This document shows positions 43,178 through 57,457 of a stretch of DNA of 64,000 nt, piece by piece. The stretch comes from Octopus vulgaris. Lineage: Eukaryota. The position numbers and the translations under genes were made by a program. Position 1 is the first letter of the stretch. The number at the start of each line of letters is the position of its first letter. The notes below the pieces were generated by a model, which searched no databases, was not told the origin of the DNA, and was given only the letters and a program-made list of their open reading frames with translations. Location of the stretch: contig OX597828.1 in the NCBI GenBank assembly GCA_951406725.2, positions 73,718,001-73,782,000 on the forward strand, in the 5' to 3' direction.

Positions 43178-44281
43178 TTCTTACCCTCTTTCTCACTCTA
43201 TTTCTGTATCTATCTACCTATCTATCTATTTATCTATCTATGTATCCCACACACACATACATATTTTCATATACATTTATGTACATATGTGTGTGTGTGT
43301 GTGTGCGCGTGCGTGAATGTGTGTGTGTCTATTTTATAGATTTTTGCCCTGATATTTGATTAGAAAACGAAAGTAAATTGAACGCCATTGGCTAAGGACC
43401 CATCAAACTAGCAAAAACATCTCTTCTGTTTATTTAGAAGTAAATTATGTGCGTCCTCTCGATTTTACATGATTGCCTCTTCCAAGCTAATCAAGCAGGG
43501 AATTACTGATGAACAGCCTATTAGAAAACCTCACTTACATTACCCACCGCCGATCCGGAAACAAAAGCACAAAAGAAACCAAATGCGCTACATATCTGTT
43601 AATCTCTCACCTTCAACCTTTTCCCAATCTTTCTTCTTTTCTCCCTGTCTCTTTCTCCCTCCCTTCCATTTCCTATCTCTCTTCTGTCTCTTTCACTTGC
43701 TTTCTCTCTCACTAAATATTTTCTAACCAATTACTGTTCCGTTTTACAGTTTTTGAATTAAGCGATCTTTGTGTTTTGCCATTTGGCTTTTGTCTTCTTT
43801 ATCTGAGATTGTTTTCGAAGTTACATCACATAAAAAAGTTCTCTAATCGCACTTCTATTTTTTTAAACTCCCACACAAAGAACAATTTGAAATGGACGCA
43901 CGGAAAATTTCCTCGGCCGTTTTAACAAAAGCACACGCATGCGCTTGAATAACTGATTAAGTATATGAGGAAGAAATAGAGCATAGAGTATATACGTTGA
44001 GAGATAGAAAATCTGAATGAATATCAATTAGTCTTAAAACATTGTATTTTAGAAGAGAGTAAGGAGACGAAGTGGTATCCTTATTGATAGGGGTATTGCA
44101 TAATTTTCCCTAGTGTGATTTGAACCCGTAGACTAATGATTCCTGGCGAAATGGTAGAATTCCTAGAGTAGCGATCCCCACACTTTTTGGCATCACAGAC
44201 CAGTTTCATCCAAGAGATTATGCACAAAACAAAACAATGAGTTGCATAATATATAATTTAAATTTTTACATTTATAATATA

Positions 44282-44677
44282 CTAGCAGTATCGCCCGGCG
44301 TTGCTCGGGTTGTAAGGGAAATAACTATATAAGCAGTTTTAGAGAGTTATAGCCAAAAAATAGCAAAAAAATGCATTAAAAATTGAAAAGAAATTAAGGT
44401 AAATTTTTTTTTAAATCGTTGACACATCGTAGATATTTTTAGAGAGTTACTTCCCTTATATAAAAGCGAAAAAAATGCATTAAAATGGAAAAATATGATG
44501 GTAAATTTTTTTTTAAATCGTAGACTCATCGTAGACGCGCGCTAATACCCAGAAGGGCTCGATATGAATCACGACTCTAAGATACCCGCTTTTGGTTAAA
44601 CTGCACCGCAAAATGTGGGAGTAGTTACGAATCTAAATCGAAGGGGACAGACACACAACTTCACTCTTATATAAAGA
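44282..44677 (-). mobile_element. Complete non-autonomous Helitron (~396 bp)
   Basis: Minus strand reads A|TCTTTATATAAGAG...cccgagcaacgccggg hairpin...CTAG|T. Inserted between A and T with no TSD; contains an internal ~110-nt duplication. Confidence 0.88.
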
Positions 44678-45499
44678 TGCTTTTTTTTTCAGTCATAGAG
44701 TTAGATTTATGAAGGTCTTCAGTAGAAAATCCTTCGAATTCTGACTCGCTGGTTGATATAATGAAATTCGTATCCATTTTTTGTCAGAATTACAAATTTT
44801 GAAAACACAATAGGAACAAATTTCGAAAAAAATCTCCCATAATTCACGGAATTAAAATTACACTTCGATTTTTGTACAAAACTGTATTTGAAGTGTTTAC
44901 GAAGTATAATACGTGTTTTCACGAATGTACTAAAGAGATTTACTCTGATATTCTCATTTAAATATGAATAGGTAAATTCGGGCGGTTTGGTAACGAAAGG
45001 GTTTATATAAGTGTCGTCTGTTTATACATAAACACTGTTTCATACTTTCAGTTTAGTCTTCCTCAAATCACTCTGTCGCTAATTTACTCTCTTCCAAGAA
45101 CATTTTCACTCACGCTTATCTGTTAGCTTCCCATACATTTTACTCATGTATCTATCAGCGTGATAGACAGAAACAAATATTACATCTAGTTTCACTTTAT
45201 TCGTTGCACACTGTGTGTGTGTGCGTTTGCGTGTGCTGTAAACCAGACTAAGAAAAGCATTTGACATACACACCAGAATGTGAGTTTTCTGTAAATTTTG
45301 CTTAATTGGAGTTTAAATTTTAAAAACTGGACCTGGCATGACCCGATACATTCTACTCTTAAAAATGCTAGGTAAATTGTAATTGAAGAAATCCTATATT
45401 GTAGATTTCTATAACTTACAAAGGGAGGCAGATAAAATCTGCCTTTTATAATAAGAGATGAATATATGGTCGTCGTCGGCGGCGGCGGCGGCGTTTTAT

Positions 45500-46135
45500 A
45501 TTGTGTATGAGGATTTATTTGGTTTCTACTTGTGTCCAGGTTTATGCCTCTGATGACTAATGAGGCCGATTCCTGCATTGTATCGTCCCTGAATTGGTAG
45601 AGGGAAAAATTATGAAGCTTGGATTTTTGTTGGCTATTTTTCTGTTTTGGGAAATTTTATCTGGGATCTGTGCAGAGCCATCCTTTTACGCAGACTGTCT
45701 TTAGTTTGGCTCTTGACACCCAGAGCAGGTTAGTGCGTATATCAGGTTCTCCTAAGCATATGTAATGCTGCTTTTCACAGTGAAATGTTGTCGCTATTTG
45801 GATGAGAATTCTGATCCCTCAATTAAATTGACGCATATTCCACAGTTGGGTCTTCCCCATTTTTCTATTGATGGCTTCTGTGTTGTTGAGCGCATTCGGG
45901 CTTGTACCTCCGAGACTTTTCATAGATTTGTCTCTTGGTTTTTCATGATGGTGTGTGCTTGGAGAATTGAGTTCATTCTGTGGCCCTTTTTTAGCAGGGG
46001 AATGTTTCGAAGGATGGTGTCGAAGGCTTCATTGTTAAGAGGGTTGTGTGTGGAGGTGTATGGTACGGTTTTTGGTTGTAAAGCCTTCTTTAATTTGGGA
46101 TGTCTGAGTTCGTGGATATTGAATTGAAGGGCACA
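45500..46135 (-). mobile_element. Degenerate Neptune-like PLE 3' fragment (thumb, linker, GIY-YIG)
   Basis: Translates to VPYTSTHNPLNNEAFDTILRNIPLL, KWGRPNCGICVNLIEGSEF, ENLIYALTCSGCQE and SLRKRMALHRSQI, colinear with the 30 kb element; contains stops and frameshifts. Confidence 0.85.
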
Positions 46136-46156
46136 TTATCAGACAGACACACAGAC

Positions 46157-46187
<31 letters not shown>

Positions 46188-46678
46188 GAGAGAGAGGAAG
46201 AGAGAGATAATACATACATACATACATACATACATGCATACGTACATACATACATGCATACGTATATTCATACATACATGCATACATTCATACTTACATA
46301 CATGATAAGAAAGGATATGCAATGAGTAGGTGGTCATCAGTAGACTACACGCAATAGTTTAATAGATTGAATATACACTCACGAAACTGTTGAATATTGT
46401 TTTGCTTCAGATACATACATGCACACATACACACACATACGTGTGTGTATGTATGTATGTATGTATATGTATATATACACATATATTATAGATATATATG
46501 CTCCATATACAATATTTATATATCATATTGTATTATATATATATACGTATATATGTACATATATACATATATATGTATGTATATATATATATATACTTAT
46601 ACATATATATATATATACGTCTATGTGAATATATATACATACATATATATATGTATAAAAATATATGTATATATATAT

Positions 46679-46783
<105 letters not shown>

Positions 46784-47607
46784 TATATATGTATATATGT
46801 ACGTGAGGGAAAAAAAGAATTTATGCTTCTGCAGATAATTTGTTGATCAAATATGAAAGAACGATTACTCAGTTTATTGTTTATTGTTTTGTTTTTGTTG
46901 TCGTTTGTTGTTTTTGTAATTGTTTCTTTGTGTTTTCTTCTGTGATTTTATTTCATCAATAAAATTTAATTCTGTTTTAAATACACAATCGAATATAAAC
47001 TGTCCAACATCATAGAAATATGCGTTCGTACTTTTGCATTTAATTTCATTTTACGTATATTGAATATTTCAAGTTTTGAATATTTATAAAAATAATTATT
47101 TATATTTCTCTTCCTTTTCCTTATTCTAATTATTTATTATGATATTTTTTAATTAGGCTTATATTTTATATTATTTAATATTTTTTCTCTCCGTTACAAC
47201 TGTTGTATTCTAAAGCGTTCAATACGAACCTTCACGGATCGATGAAGGCAGACATTTGAAAATCTATTATTTCCCTTTATTTATTTAAATATATTATGCC
47301 TTATTAATGTTTTTTTTTTGCATTGTTTCTGATCGTTCGCCATATTGATTATTTATTTGTAAATATTTTGCAAATTTTCCCTTTGTTGAAGCATCTCCAG
47401 AATATTCAACGTTTAATTTTAAAATTATTGTAAATAAACGAATACAGATTCCCAGAGAGAAGCTTTGGCAATTATTGTCAAAATTAATAACAAATTTACT
47501 AAACATAGAATTGTTCATATACATAGACGGACAGTCAGTCAGACAGACGGATAGACGGATAGATTGGTAGATAGATAGATAGAAAGAGAGAGAGAGGTAA
47601 GTAGATT

Positions 47608-47718
<111 letters not shown>

Positions 47719-47723
47719 GGATG

Positions 47724-47766
<43 letters not shown>

Positions 47767-47767
47767 C

Positions 47768-47849
<82 letters not shown>

Positions 47850-48564
47850 CAGGCAGACAGAAAGTGAGAGAGAGAGATTAATTTTATACTGGGTAGGAGG
47901 AGAGACACAGTCAACTTCAGGAAAGGCAGGCACACTTCATGAAGAAGAAAGCACACAACCTTAAATGGCGGGATAGTCTCGACGGCGGGAGATTCATCTA
48001 CGGCTTCCGGAGCCTGACAACCAAATAAAGTAAATGGATTGAACGTTTGGAGGAAGTTTCCTGATCCGAAAGTAAACGTAACCTAACAACTATCCAAGGC
48101 TATCCACGTGTACATCGTATCTTTCCAACTACCTTTCTACCTATCTGTATATCCATCTATGTTTAACAACTTTCAATCTTTAAATCTTAAAAATTTTTAC
48201 AACTTTAAAAGTCTGAAACCTTAAAACTTTAAAAACTTAAAACTTCATGACTTTGAAGTACTTAACAATTTTCAAGGCTTTTTTGAGATTTTTGAAAAAG
48301 AGATTTTTATGAATTCTTCCAGAATATTCTCTCCGAATGTTTTTTGAAGCTTGTGAAGTTTATTATGTTATGAAATAAAATTCCCTTTTTCATTTTGCCC
48401 CCTTCTCTTGTTTTATTTTTAAATACTTTTAACTTCTCATAACTTAAATTCCTTTCAGCTATTCAGTTACAATATTTCATCCTCATTGTTTACCTTCCTA
48501 ACCTATTCAACTAACGGCGTTTCAATATTATCTTTCTTCCTATACAATACTATATATATATTTC

Positions 48565-48785
48565 ATTATTGCACACAGTGGGAGGGGAGCTAAACACAGA
48601 GGGTACAAACAAAGGGATTAAGTCGATTACATCGACCCCAGTGCGAAAGTGGTGCTTATTAAATTGACCCTGAAAGGATGAAAGACAAAGTTGACCTCGG
48701 CGGAATTTGAACTCAGAACGTAGCGGCAGACGAAATACCGCTAAGCATTTCGCACGCCGTGCTAACGATTCTGCCAGCTCGCCGC
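48565..48785 (-). mobile_element. SINE family A
   Basis: Homologous to the 8174-8406 copy. Confidence 0.88.
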
Positions 48786-48805
48786 GTTTTGCCAATTGAC
48801 CGCCT

Positions 48806-48848
<43 letters not shown>

Positions 48849-48849
48849 G

Positions 48850-49848
48850 TTGCTCTCTAGTTTCAGATCACAGCTGCGGCCATGCTGATGCACCGCCGTT
48901 TTGTGCTACACTGTTATTACGAAGAACCTCGTCTAATATGTGGCACTTGGTGAAGAATGGAATTTGATATAGCTACTCTCATTTGCACCTCTTGCCGTGA
49001 GGTAGGTTCATCTGGGACCCTTGACAGGAAGATGTCCAGCTTTGATTTAAAAACCGCTACATCTACTTTGTGCAAGTTCCTCAGACTCTTTGGGAGAATA
49101 TTAAAAAGCTGTGGGCCCTTGAAACCCAGGCTGTTGCAGAAGCTGGTCCTGAAGCGTGATGGCATTGCTGGTATCTTTGGCACTATGCACTGTCGTCCCG
49201 TTCTAGCATTGGTGTAGCTTACAATGCCAAAATTTGGCACAATTCCTTCCAGGATCTTCCAGACATATATTACTGCATACATCTCCCGTCTTCTCTCCAG
49301 GGAGTAGAGTCTTAGCTGTTTCAACCTTTCCCAGTAGCTGAGCTGTTGCAAAGAGACGATCTTCTTTGTGAATCTTCTCTGGATTGCTTCAAGGTCCGCT
49401 GTTAATTTTACACTGGTGGGTGACCATAGCTGTGAGCAGTAATCAAGGCGGCTGTGGACGAATGTCCGCTAGAGGACCATCATGGTTTCCTTATCTCTGG
49501 TTCTGAATGTTCTTAGGATCCACCCAGCCAGTCGTCTGCACTTTGTCGCCATGCTGGTAATGTGCACTTGGAAAGAGGTATCATCACTCATGTCGATACC
49601 CAGGTCTCTCACAGACTTAGGCTCTGGGATTGAAATTCCCTGTGGACCGGCGTATCCTGTAAGTTTAATATTCAGTTTTGGATGCTGGTAGCGCAGGGCC
49701 TGGAATGTTTCAGCATTAAACTGCATATTATTATCCTCAGCCCATCTGTAGATTGAGTCCAACTCCTGCTGCATGTGTGCAACATCGCTGGGGTTCTGTA
49801 TTTTCTGCGAGACTTTCGTATCGTCTGCATAGCTGGCCGGAGTGGCTA
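48850..49848 (-). mobile_element. CR1-clade LINE, 5'-truncated (RT C-terminus plus 3' UTR)
   Basis: SYADDTKV, WAEDNNMQFN, VRDLGI, FVHSRLDYCSQLWSP, LEAIQRRFTK, LSYWERLKQLRLYSLERRR, FKSKLD. Confidence 0.92.
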
Positions 49849-49896
49849 TACGGGCATATATTTATATATATAGAGAGAGAGAAGGCGGTGAATTGG

Positions 49897-49931
<35 letters not shown>

Positions 49932-50082
49932 CCGCAGCCGTAGCTGTGTGGTAAGAAGCTTACTTCACAAGCACATGGTTCCGGGTTCAGTCCCACTGCT
50001 TAGCACCTTGGTCAAGTATCTTCTGCTATAGTCTTGGGCCTTCTGAGTGTATTTGGCAGGCGGAAGCTGAAAGAAGACCGTC

Positions 50083-50135
<53 letters not shown>

Positions 50136-50220
50136 AACCGATGTTGGCATGTTTACGTCCCCGTACGGCAAAAGTGGCCGATAGAGTAAGTACTAGGCAT
50201 ATAAAGAATAAGTTCTGGGG
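49932..50220 (+). mobile_element. SINE family B, 3'-truncated
   Basis: Homologous to 20584-20975. Confidence 0.82.
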
Positions 50221-50320
50221 GAGATAGATAGATAGATAGATACATACATACATACATACGTACGTACGTACATACATACATACATACATACATACATACA
50301 TACATACATACATACATACA

Positions 50321-50351
<31 letters not shown>

Positions 50352-51677
50352 TAAATTGTTTTCTAATAGGATTGTGAAGCAATCTCAAAGCATAAATCGT
50401 GGAATCGATCCAAAATTGGAACGATGCAACAAGTCGACAGACATATACACAGAGAATGAAATTGGAAACGGAATCACAGCTATTGGATTATTCTTCCTTC
50501 ACTGAACCTGGATTCAATTTTCCGTTTTCTCGCAGATCTGTCTTTTAATAATATTTCTGGCCATTAATGTCAGGCAAGGTAGCGTCTTCACTCTCTAACT
50601 TCATTGAATAAAAAGTGCTGTGATACATACACACATACACGCATACGTACATATATATAGTGTACGCGAGTGTGGGTGTGTGAATATGTGTGTATGAGAA
50701 TGTGTGTGTGCTTGTGTGTGTCCATATGTATGTATTTCTTAATTGTATTGCTATTTTGTATATTTAATTTTTGTTTTTGTTGGATATTTTTCTTTTATTT
50801 ATACGAAAGGAGAAAAGAAGTAATTATCATTTTGCTATTGACAATACTAAAGTTTATTTGTAATATTGTTTCGTCTGATTGTTCCAATTTTAATGGTCCT
50901 TTTTCTCGCTGGGTTCGGAGGCGTGGAAGGCGCGGCGTATTCCTTCAAAACGTCCATTAAAATACATTTTAATTTCTGAAATCAAGCATGTGTGAAAGAA
51001 GATAAAATATCTAATTAAAAATAATGCAGTAACTCGGAAAGTGAAGTCGGACAAGTAACCGTTTTCTCTCTTGGTTTTTTTTGGGTTTTTTTTGCAAAAT
51101 ATCTGGAAAAAAACCGTATCTCAAGAATTGGTCATTTGTTAAAGATTATCTGTGAAATACACACACAGGCACACAGAATCACTCACACACAAACACAACC
51201 ATACACAGACACACACATTCATACATTGAGGTGTCGTTTGGTTTTTGTTATATTTATTTATATTTCCCGTTATTGAATACGGTTGTGTGATCTTAGACGT
51301 TTAAACCTCGAAGAACCGTGTGCAAACAAATTGACTTGACACTCCCTGTTCAACACCGAGGTGCAGTTTGAGTACAGCCGTGTACTTTACTAAATCGGTT
51401 TTCGTGTAATGTATGTATTTTTTTCGGTTTTGTTCTATTGTTTTTGTTTTGTTTTCCTTAAGGAAATGAACGAAATCAAGAAATAATTATTGCCGGACAG
51501 AGGAGACGGAGAATATTCTAGCAATTTATGTTTAATATGCATACACACACATACACATACATACATGCATGCATATATTTGCATACACACATGCATACAT
51601 ATATATACATACATACATACATACATACATACATACATACATACATACATACATGCATACATACATACATACATACA

Positions 51678-52022
51678 TACATATTAATATGCAGAGATAT
51701 ACATACATAGATACATACATATATACATACATATTAATATGCAGAGATATACATACATAGATACATACATACATACATTCATACATACATACATACATAC
51801 ATACATACATACATACATACAAACATATTAATATGCAGAGATATACATACATAGATACATACATATATACATACATATTAATATGCAGAGATATACATAC
51901 ATAGATACATACATATATACATACATATTAATATGCAGAGATATACATACATAGATACATACATATATACATACATATTAATATGCAGAGATATACATAC
52001 ATAGATACATACATATATACAT
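51678..52022. repeat. 50-bp minisatellite, about 6 copies
   Basis: Unit atacatattaatatgcagagatatacatacatagatacatacatatatac. Confidence 0.9.
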
Positions 52023-52297
52023 AAGTACGTACATACCTAGACCGGAAACTCTCTTACCTCCAAAAATCTTCTTGCCTTGTTAGCAACCGACTCGAATTCT
52101 CTGAAAAACTTAAATTAAACATACATACATATACATGCATATATACATACATACACTCATGCATACATACACATACATACACACACATACATGCATATAT
52201 TTGCATACACACATGCATACATATATAAGCATACATATATACATATACATGCATACATTCATAGATATATATGCATCCATACATATATACATATATA

Positions 52298-52620
52298 TGC
52301 GTGGCATCTTCGGCAAGTGTCTTCTGCTATAGCCTCGGGCCGACCAATGCCTTTAGAGTGGATTTGGTAGACGGAAACTGAAAGAAGCCTGTCGTATATA
52401 TGTATATATATGTATGTCCCTCTAGCATTGCTTGACAACCGATGCTGGAGTGTTTACGTCCCCGTCACTTAGCGGTTCGGCAGAAGAGACCGATAGAATA
52501 AGTACTAGGCTTACAAAGAATAAGTCCCGGGGTCGACTTGCTCGACTAAAGGCGGTGCTCCAGCATGGCCGCAGTCAAATGACTGAAACAAGTAAAAGTG
52601 TAAAACAAGAGTAAAAGAGT
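52298..52620 (+). mobile_element. SINE family B, 5'-truncated
   Basis: Homologous to 20584-20975. Confidence 0.88.
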
Positions 52621-53279
52621 ATACATATATATGCATACATACATACACTCATACATACATAGATATACATATATAAGCATACATATATACATATACATGC
52701 ATACATACACTCGTACATACAAATATACATACACATGTACAGCCATTTGTAGGATGCGCTTCGGTTTCTTGTTTGTTTTTTTTTTTGTAACAGACTTAAA
52801 ATGACTTTACATACTGTGATAGTGTTGTTTTAGGCGGTGCTGCTGCATGGCCACAATCCAATGATTGGAACTAGTAAACAGAGCATTCAATTTCCCGCCT
52901 TATTCCTTTCGAAGAATTGACACATTATATATTTACTCATTTTACACAAACAGCGTAATTCTAAGCTCCTCTCTGACGTTAACATTATCTCGACAGGAGA
53001 ACATCTCCTCCGCCCCTAATTCTATATCAGTTTGATTTTGTTTTTTCTTTTAAAAGGTAATTTTCCGTTCCTTTTGATCTTTAAAGTAATTCATTCTCGT
53101 AAAATTTTAACCCGAATGCCTGCGAGCTTCACATAATGAACGCCTTATTTGATAACAGTTTTCACTATTAAGGAAGAGTAAATATAAGCATTGCTAAACT
53201 TTCTGCTCAAGTAAACCGACGCTTCGTGTTTTAAATGTTATATTGTTTCGTTAGTCACTTATATGTAAAAACTACTAAA

Positions 53280-54090
53280 GCGGCGTGCAAGCAGAATCGT
53301 TAGCATTCCAGACTCTTCGTGGCATTTCGTCCGTCTTTAGGTTCTAAGATCAAATTTGGCCGAGGTCGAAATTGCCTTTCATCCATTCGGGGTTGATAAA
53401 AGAAGTACAAGACATGTACAGCTGTCGATGTAGTCGACATACCTCTTCCCCAGATATTACTGGTCTTGTACCAAGACTTGAAATGTTATACGCACCATTG
53501 GGGCGGCGAGCTGGCAGATATGTTAGCGCACCAGGCGAAATGCTTAGCAGTACTTCGTCTGCCGTTACGTTCTGACTTCAAATTCCGCCAAGGTCGACTT
53601 TGCCTTTCATCCTTTCGGGGTCGACAGATTAAGTACCAGTTACGCACTGGGGTCGATGTAATCGACTTAATCCGTTTGTCTGTTCTTGTTTGTCCCCTCT
53701 ATATTTAGCCCTTTCTGGGCAATAAGGAAATAGGAAACGTTAGCACACCGGGCGAAATGCTTAGCAGTATTTCGTCCGTTTTTACGTTCAAATTCCACCG
53801 AGGTTGACTTTGCCTTTCATCCTTTCGGGGTCGATAAATCAAGTACCAGTTGTGTACTGAGGTCGATCTAATCGACGGGTCCCATCCCCATAAATTTCGG
53901 GCCTTGTGCCTAGAGGAGAAAAAAATCGTAGGAACGCTGGGAAAATTGCTTACCTGCTTTTCACTCCTCTCTTCATGCTCCAAGTTCAAATTGTGCCGCG
54001 GTTGACTTTATCTTTCCGGAGACAATCGAAATAAATACCAGTTGAGCCCCGGGATCGATGTAATCAACTTACTCCTTCCCTCCAAATTTC
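53280..54090 (+). mobile_element. Head-to-tail cluster of four SINE family A units
   Basis: Units start near 53280, 53502, 53734 and 53925, with differing divergence. Confidence 0.85.
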
Positions 54091-54849
54091 AAACGATTAT
54101 ATTAAACATTTTCTGTTTATCTAAATATAATTTAGTATATAAACTGAAGTGTTTGCCACCAAGCAGGCTTTTCGAAACATAACGATAGATTTATTTTGCT
54201 TTACTTCTTTCCTTTTTACCATTATTTCTTCATAATAATTTCGTATCCTTATCTTTATTATTGGTTTTATACAAACACAGATATTTTATTATATTTGGTA
54301 TATTTCATTATATTTTGTCATCTTCATTCAATATTTTATATTCCGTTATATCTTATCAACTTTTATTCATTCTTTTGTGAATGTATCTATCACTTTACCT
54401 GCATTGAATACCTATATTGTCATTAGTATCAGCCTCGCATCAATTATTTAAAATAATATCACTTTAAAATGATGTCGGTTAATATTTTATGTTATTTCAC
54501 TTACGACAAGTATTAATCACATAATAACATAAAAATAGTCTTATTTTGACTTTTATATAAGATTTGATTAAAGTCTAACATTGCTTCTCATGACATCTTC
54601 GTCTTCTCATCTTCATTCTAATATGTGATTCTGTAAAAATATTCAACTCTAGATTTTATTAACTCCTGCCATTTTGTCTAGCACAGCGATATAGAATCAC
54701 CATTTTGTGATTGCTTATAGTTGTCGTATATAAATATGAATAATAATCTAGTTATGAGCCAGAATTATACAATTTCATACAATTTTCGATGATAAACTAA
54801 AATTGTTATTTGCTTCAATGTATGAGTTTGTATATTTGCTGTTAAAATA

Positions 54850-54882
<33 letters not shown>

Positions 54883-55156
54883 TTTCATATCATCGATGAG
54901 AGAGAAATCTGAAACTGCAAGAATCTTATCAGATACCAAAACTATTCCTCGAATTTATTCATTTATTTATTTATTCCCGTAGTTCTTGTTTAGAATTTAT
55001 AATAATGCTAACAACAACAGCAATAATAATGGTTTCAAATTGTGCCACAAGGGCAGATAATTTGGTGGAGGAGATAACAGTGTTCAACAGCGACTTATTT
55101 TAATCGACCCCGAAAGGATGAAAGGCAAAATCGAACTCGGCGGAATTTGAACTAAA

Positions 55157-55426
55157 TACAAGTTGGTTCCAAGTCTCACCCAGGGACCTCAAGAAACAAT
55201 AAGTTAGAAGTTCATGTTGTTGTTATACCAACATACATTTGGTTTCGCACAAAGTATTGTTCTAGAGAATGTTTAAGAAAACATAGGAAAATTATAATTT
55301 TGTTTTAAAACTTGAGTTGAGATAGACAGTATTTCACGTAGGGTATGGGCAGTTCTCATGAGCACTTTTGAATTCCTGCCATTTTGAGGTTTCCTGGTAT
55401 CTGAGATAGGTAGTAATCAGCCCATT
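55157..55426 (-). mobile_element. R4/Dong-like LINE 3' end (RLE C-terminus plus UTR) beside a TAA-type tract
   Basis: YLSQIPGNLKMAGIQK/VLMRTAHTLREILS resembles the QKxxLxGTAHILRxxL end of R4-clade ORFs. Confidence 0.65.
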
Positions 55427-55485
55427 TGCATTATTATTATTGTTGTTGTTGTTTTTGTTGTTTTTGTTGTTGTTGTTGTTGATGA

Positions 55486-55899
55486 TGAGCGAGAGAGCAG
55501 CGCATACCATCAAAATGCCATTAGGGTACAAATATACGAAACTCACTATACCCGTCATGACTACCCGTCTGATAGGGGTACACCAGGCACATGCATCCCA
55601 ACCATATGTGCGCCACGTGGTGATTTCATAACACGATAAACGTCACATGACCTTGCAAGTGGGGCCCAGATAGAGTTTTCTTCAGGTCGAATAGCACGTC
55701 CCACTGCCTGCATAAGGGTTGTTTAAGGATTTGATCGAAATACTCATGCTTCCCAAGGTGAATTATGCAAATCCCAAAGACTTCGTCTCAACACATGGCT
55801 ATGATGCTCCTCCACAACTTCTGCTTGTGTTCAGTGCATATCGTCGTCAGTCAGGAACAGACATGCTCAACTGGTTAACGAAATCTGCCGTATTGAGTA

Positions 55900-55900
<1 letters not shown>
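55486..55900. mobile_element. Non-coding interspersed repeat family C, copy 1
   Basis: Aligns with 61984-62466; starts at a TAT/TGT triplet tract. Confidence 0.8.
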
Positions 55901-55963
<63 letters not shown>

Positions 55964-56096
55964 ATGTGTGGGTGCACGTGTATGTGTGTGTATTAGTAAA
56001 TATGAAAACGATTATATTATTAAAAATACCATTGTTGGTGGCTGGAACATAAGCTGTACAGGCAAATTAATAATATATATATACAAGAAATATAAG

Positions 56097-56141
<45 letters not shown>

Positions 56142-56144
<3 letters not shown>

Positions 56145-57275
56145 CTAAGTTTTTAAAGAAGGTGTAAAGATTTTTCCGGAACCCATCCGTGGTCCTGGGG
56201 TTTACTTTGTGGAGGGCGAAAAGGCCGTCATCGCGGTAAAGACCACCGGAGAGGCCTGTGAATAGGGTTTTCAGCCTATGGAGGATGAAAAGGCCCACTA
56301 GGTCACTTATTTCAGCAGAGTCGTTAGCACCCATGCTGACGTCGAAGGGGGTCACAGATTTTTTGTTGATCCAGTGGGATCCGTCATAGAAAAGGAAAGT
56401 CTTACGTGCGTGGAGGATCACATCTTGCTCGGCCTCGGTGATGGTGGAGGACCTCCTGGCGAAGTTAATCGCGTCGATCAGCAAGCTCTCCGATATGGAG
56501 GCGTAGTAATCCTCGATATCCAGTTGTAGGAATCGGGTGTTGCTTTTGTCAGGTAAATCCCGGAACCAGGTTATTGCCTCGGAGGTCCTATTCCAGAGTG
56601 GAAGGGGTGAAGCTTCACGCATTTTTGGTAAAATCCTGTCCAGGATCTTCTTGCTGACGGATCCGATGTCAGACTTGGTTGGGTTAATCAAACGGACCGA
56701 CGGTTTATTATCGAAATGGTCTTTGTGGTCTTTCAGGGTGAAGTGTGGGGACTTCACCCTCAGGTTCGGTTCGGTCATCGATTTTAAGGGAGGTGGCAAT
56801 CTCTTTCCCGGCTAAGTTGGTTTCAGTTAGCGCTGCGTCGTCTACTTTCTTGTACTTAGCTGTGATGGCGTTATCGGCTAGTCTGTTGTAGGTATCCGGA
56901 GTCACCGCGTAAATATTTTTTGTCTTGTCCGAAGGGACATGGAGGTTCTGGGAGCTTTTCATTTTCGAAAGCTTCTCATTCAGTTCCGTTTGGAAAGGTA
57001 GGTTGACTCTCCTGAATTTGATGTTTTTTATCATGAGGAAGAGGTCTTCTTCAAACGGTTCAAGTAGGCTGTTGGTAGGAGGGGCCTTATTTGATTTGAA
57101 GCCGTACTTATCATTATTGGTAGATGCTACATCAGGATGGTCGAAGAAGAACGATCTCCATCGAATTCTTTTTGATGAACTCATCAGTCCGTCTAATGAG
57201 GGCTTTTTGGTACTGTTTCCTTGGTGGGATAGTAATGTTCTTCAGGGAAGTGTCGAGGTCGATTCTTGTCAGCAT
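56142..57275 (-). pseudogene. PLE reverse transcriptase with two frameshifts, 3'-truncated
   Basis: Three overlapping ORF pieces: MLTRIDLDTSLKNI..., RIRWRSFFF...VPSDKTKNIY..., TLKDHK...RLINPTKSDIG...FLQLDIEDYYASIS...FDVSMGANDSAEISDLVG...GLYRDDGL. Confidence 0.9.
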
Positions 57276-57407
57276 TTTTTCTTGGTGATGGTTATAAGGG
57301 CACTCAGGGTGTGCTAGGATATGTAGGTCCCGGGTTGATTCGGGGTTAACCACAGTAAATAAGGTACTCAATACGTAGTAGAGTAAAATTAATTTATTAT
57401 ATAGAAG

Positions 57408-57457
57408 GAGCTTCTACAGGACTAGAACTGTTTCATTCAAGAGAAATCTTCAGGAAG

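Noticed and set aside
45400-45460. Possible Helitron 5' end (minus strand TCTCTTATTATAAAAGGC)
   Set aside because: No convincing 3' hairpin and CTAG|T end found.
46825-46870. ctgcaga...gaaagaac hammerhead-like string
   Set aside because: Core mismatched, no UH site and no stem I.
51678-52022. Regular repeat array as a CRISPR candidate
   Set aside because: No unique spacers and a eukaryotic context; it is a minisatellite.
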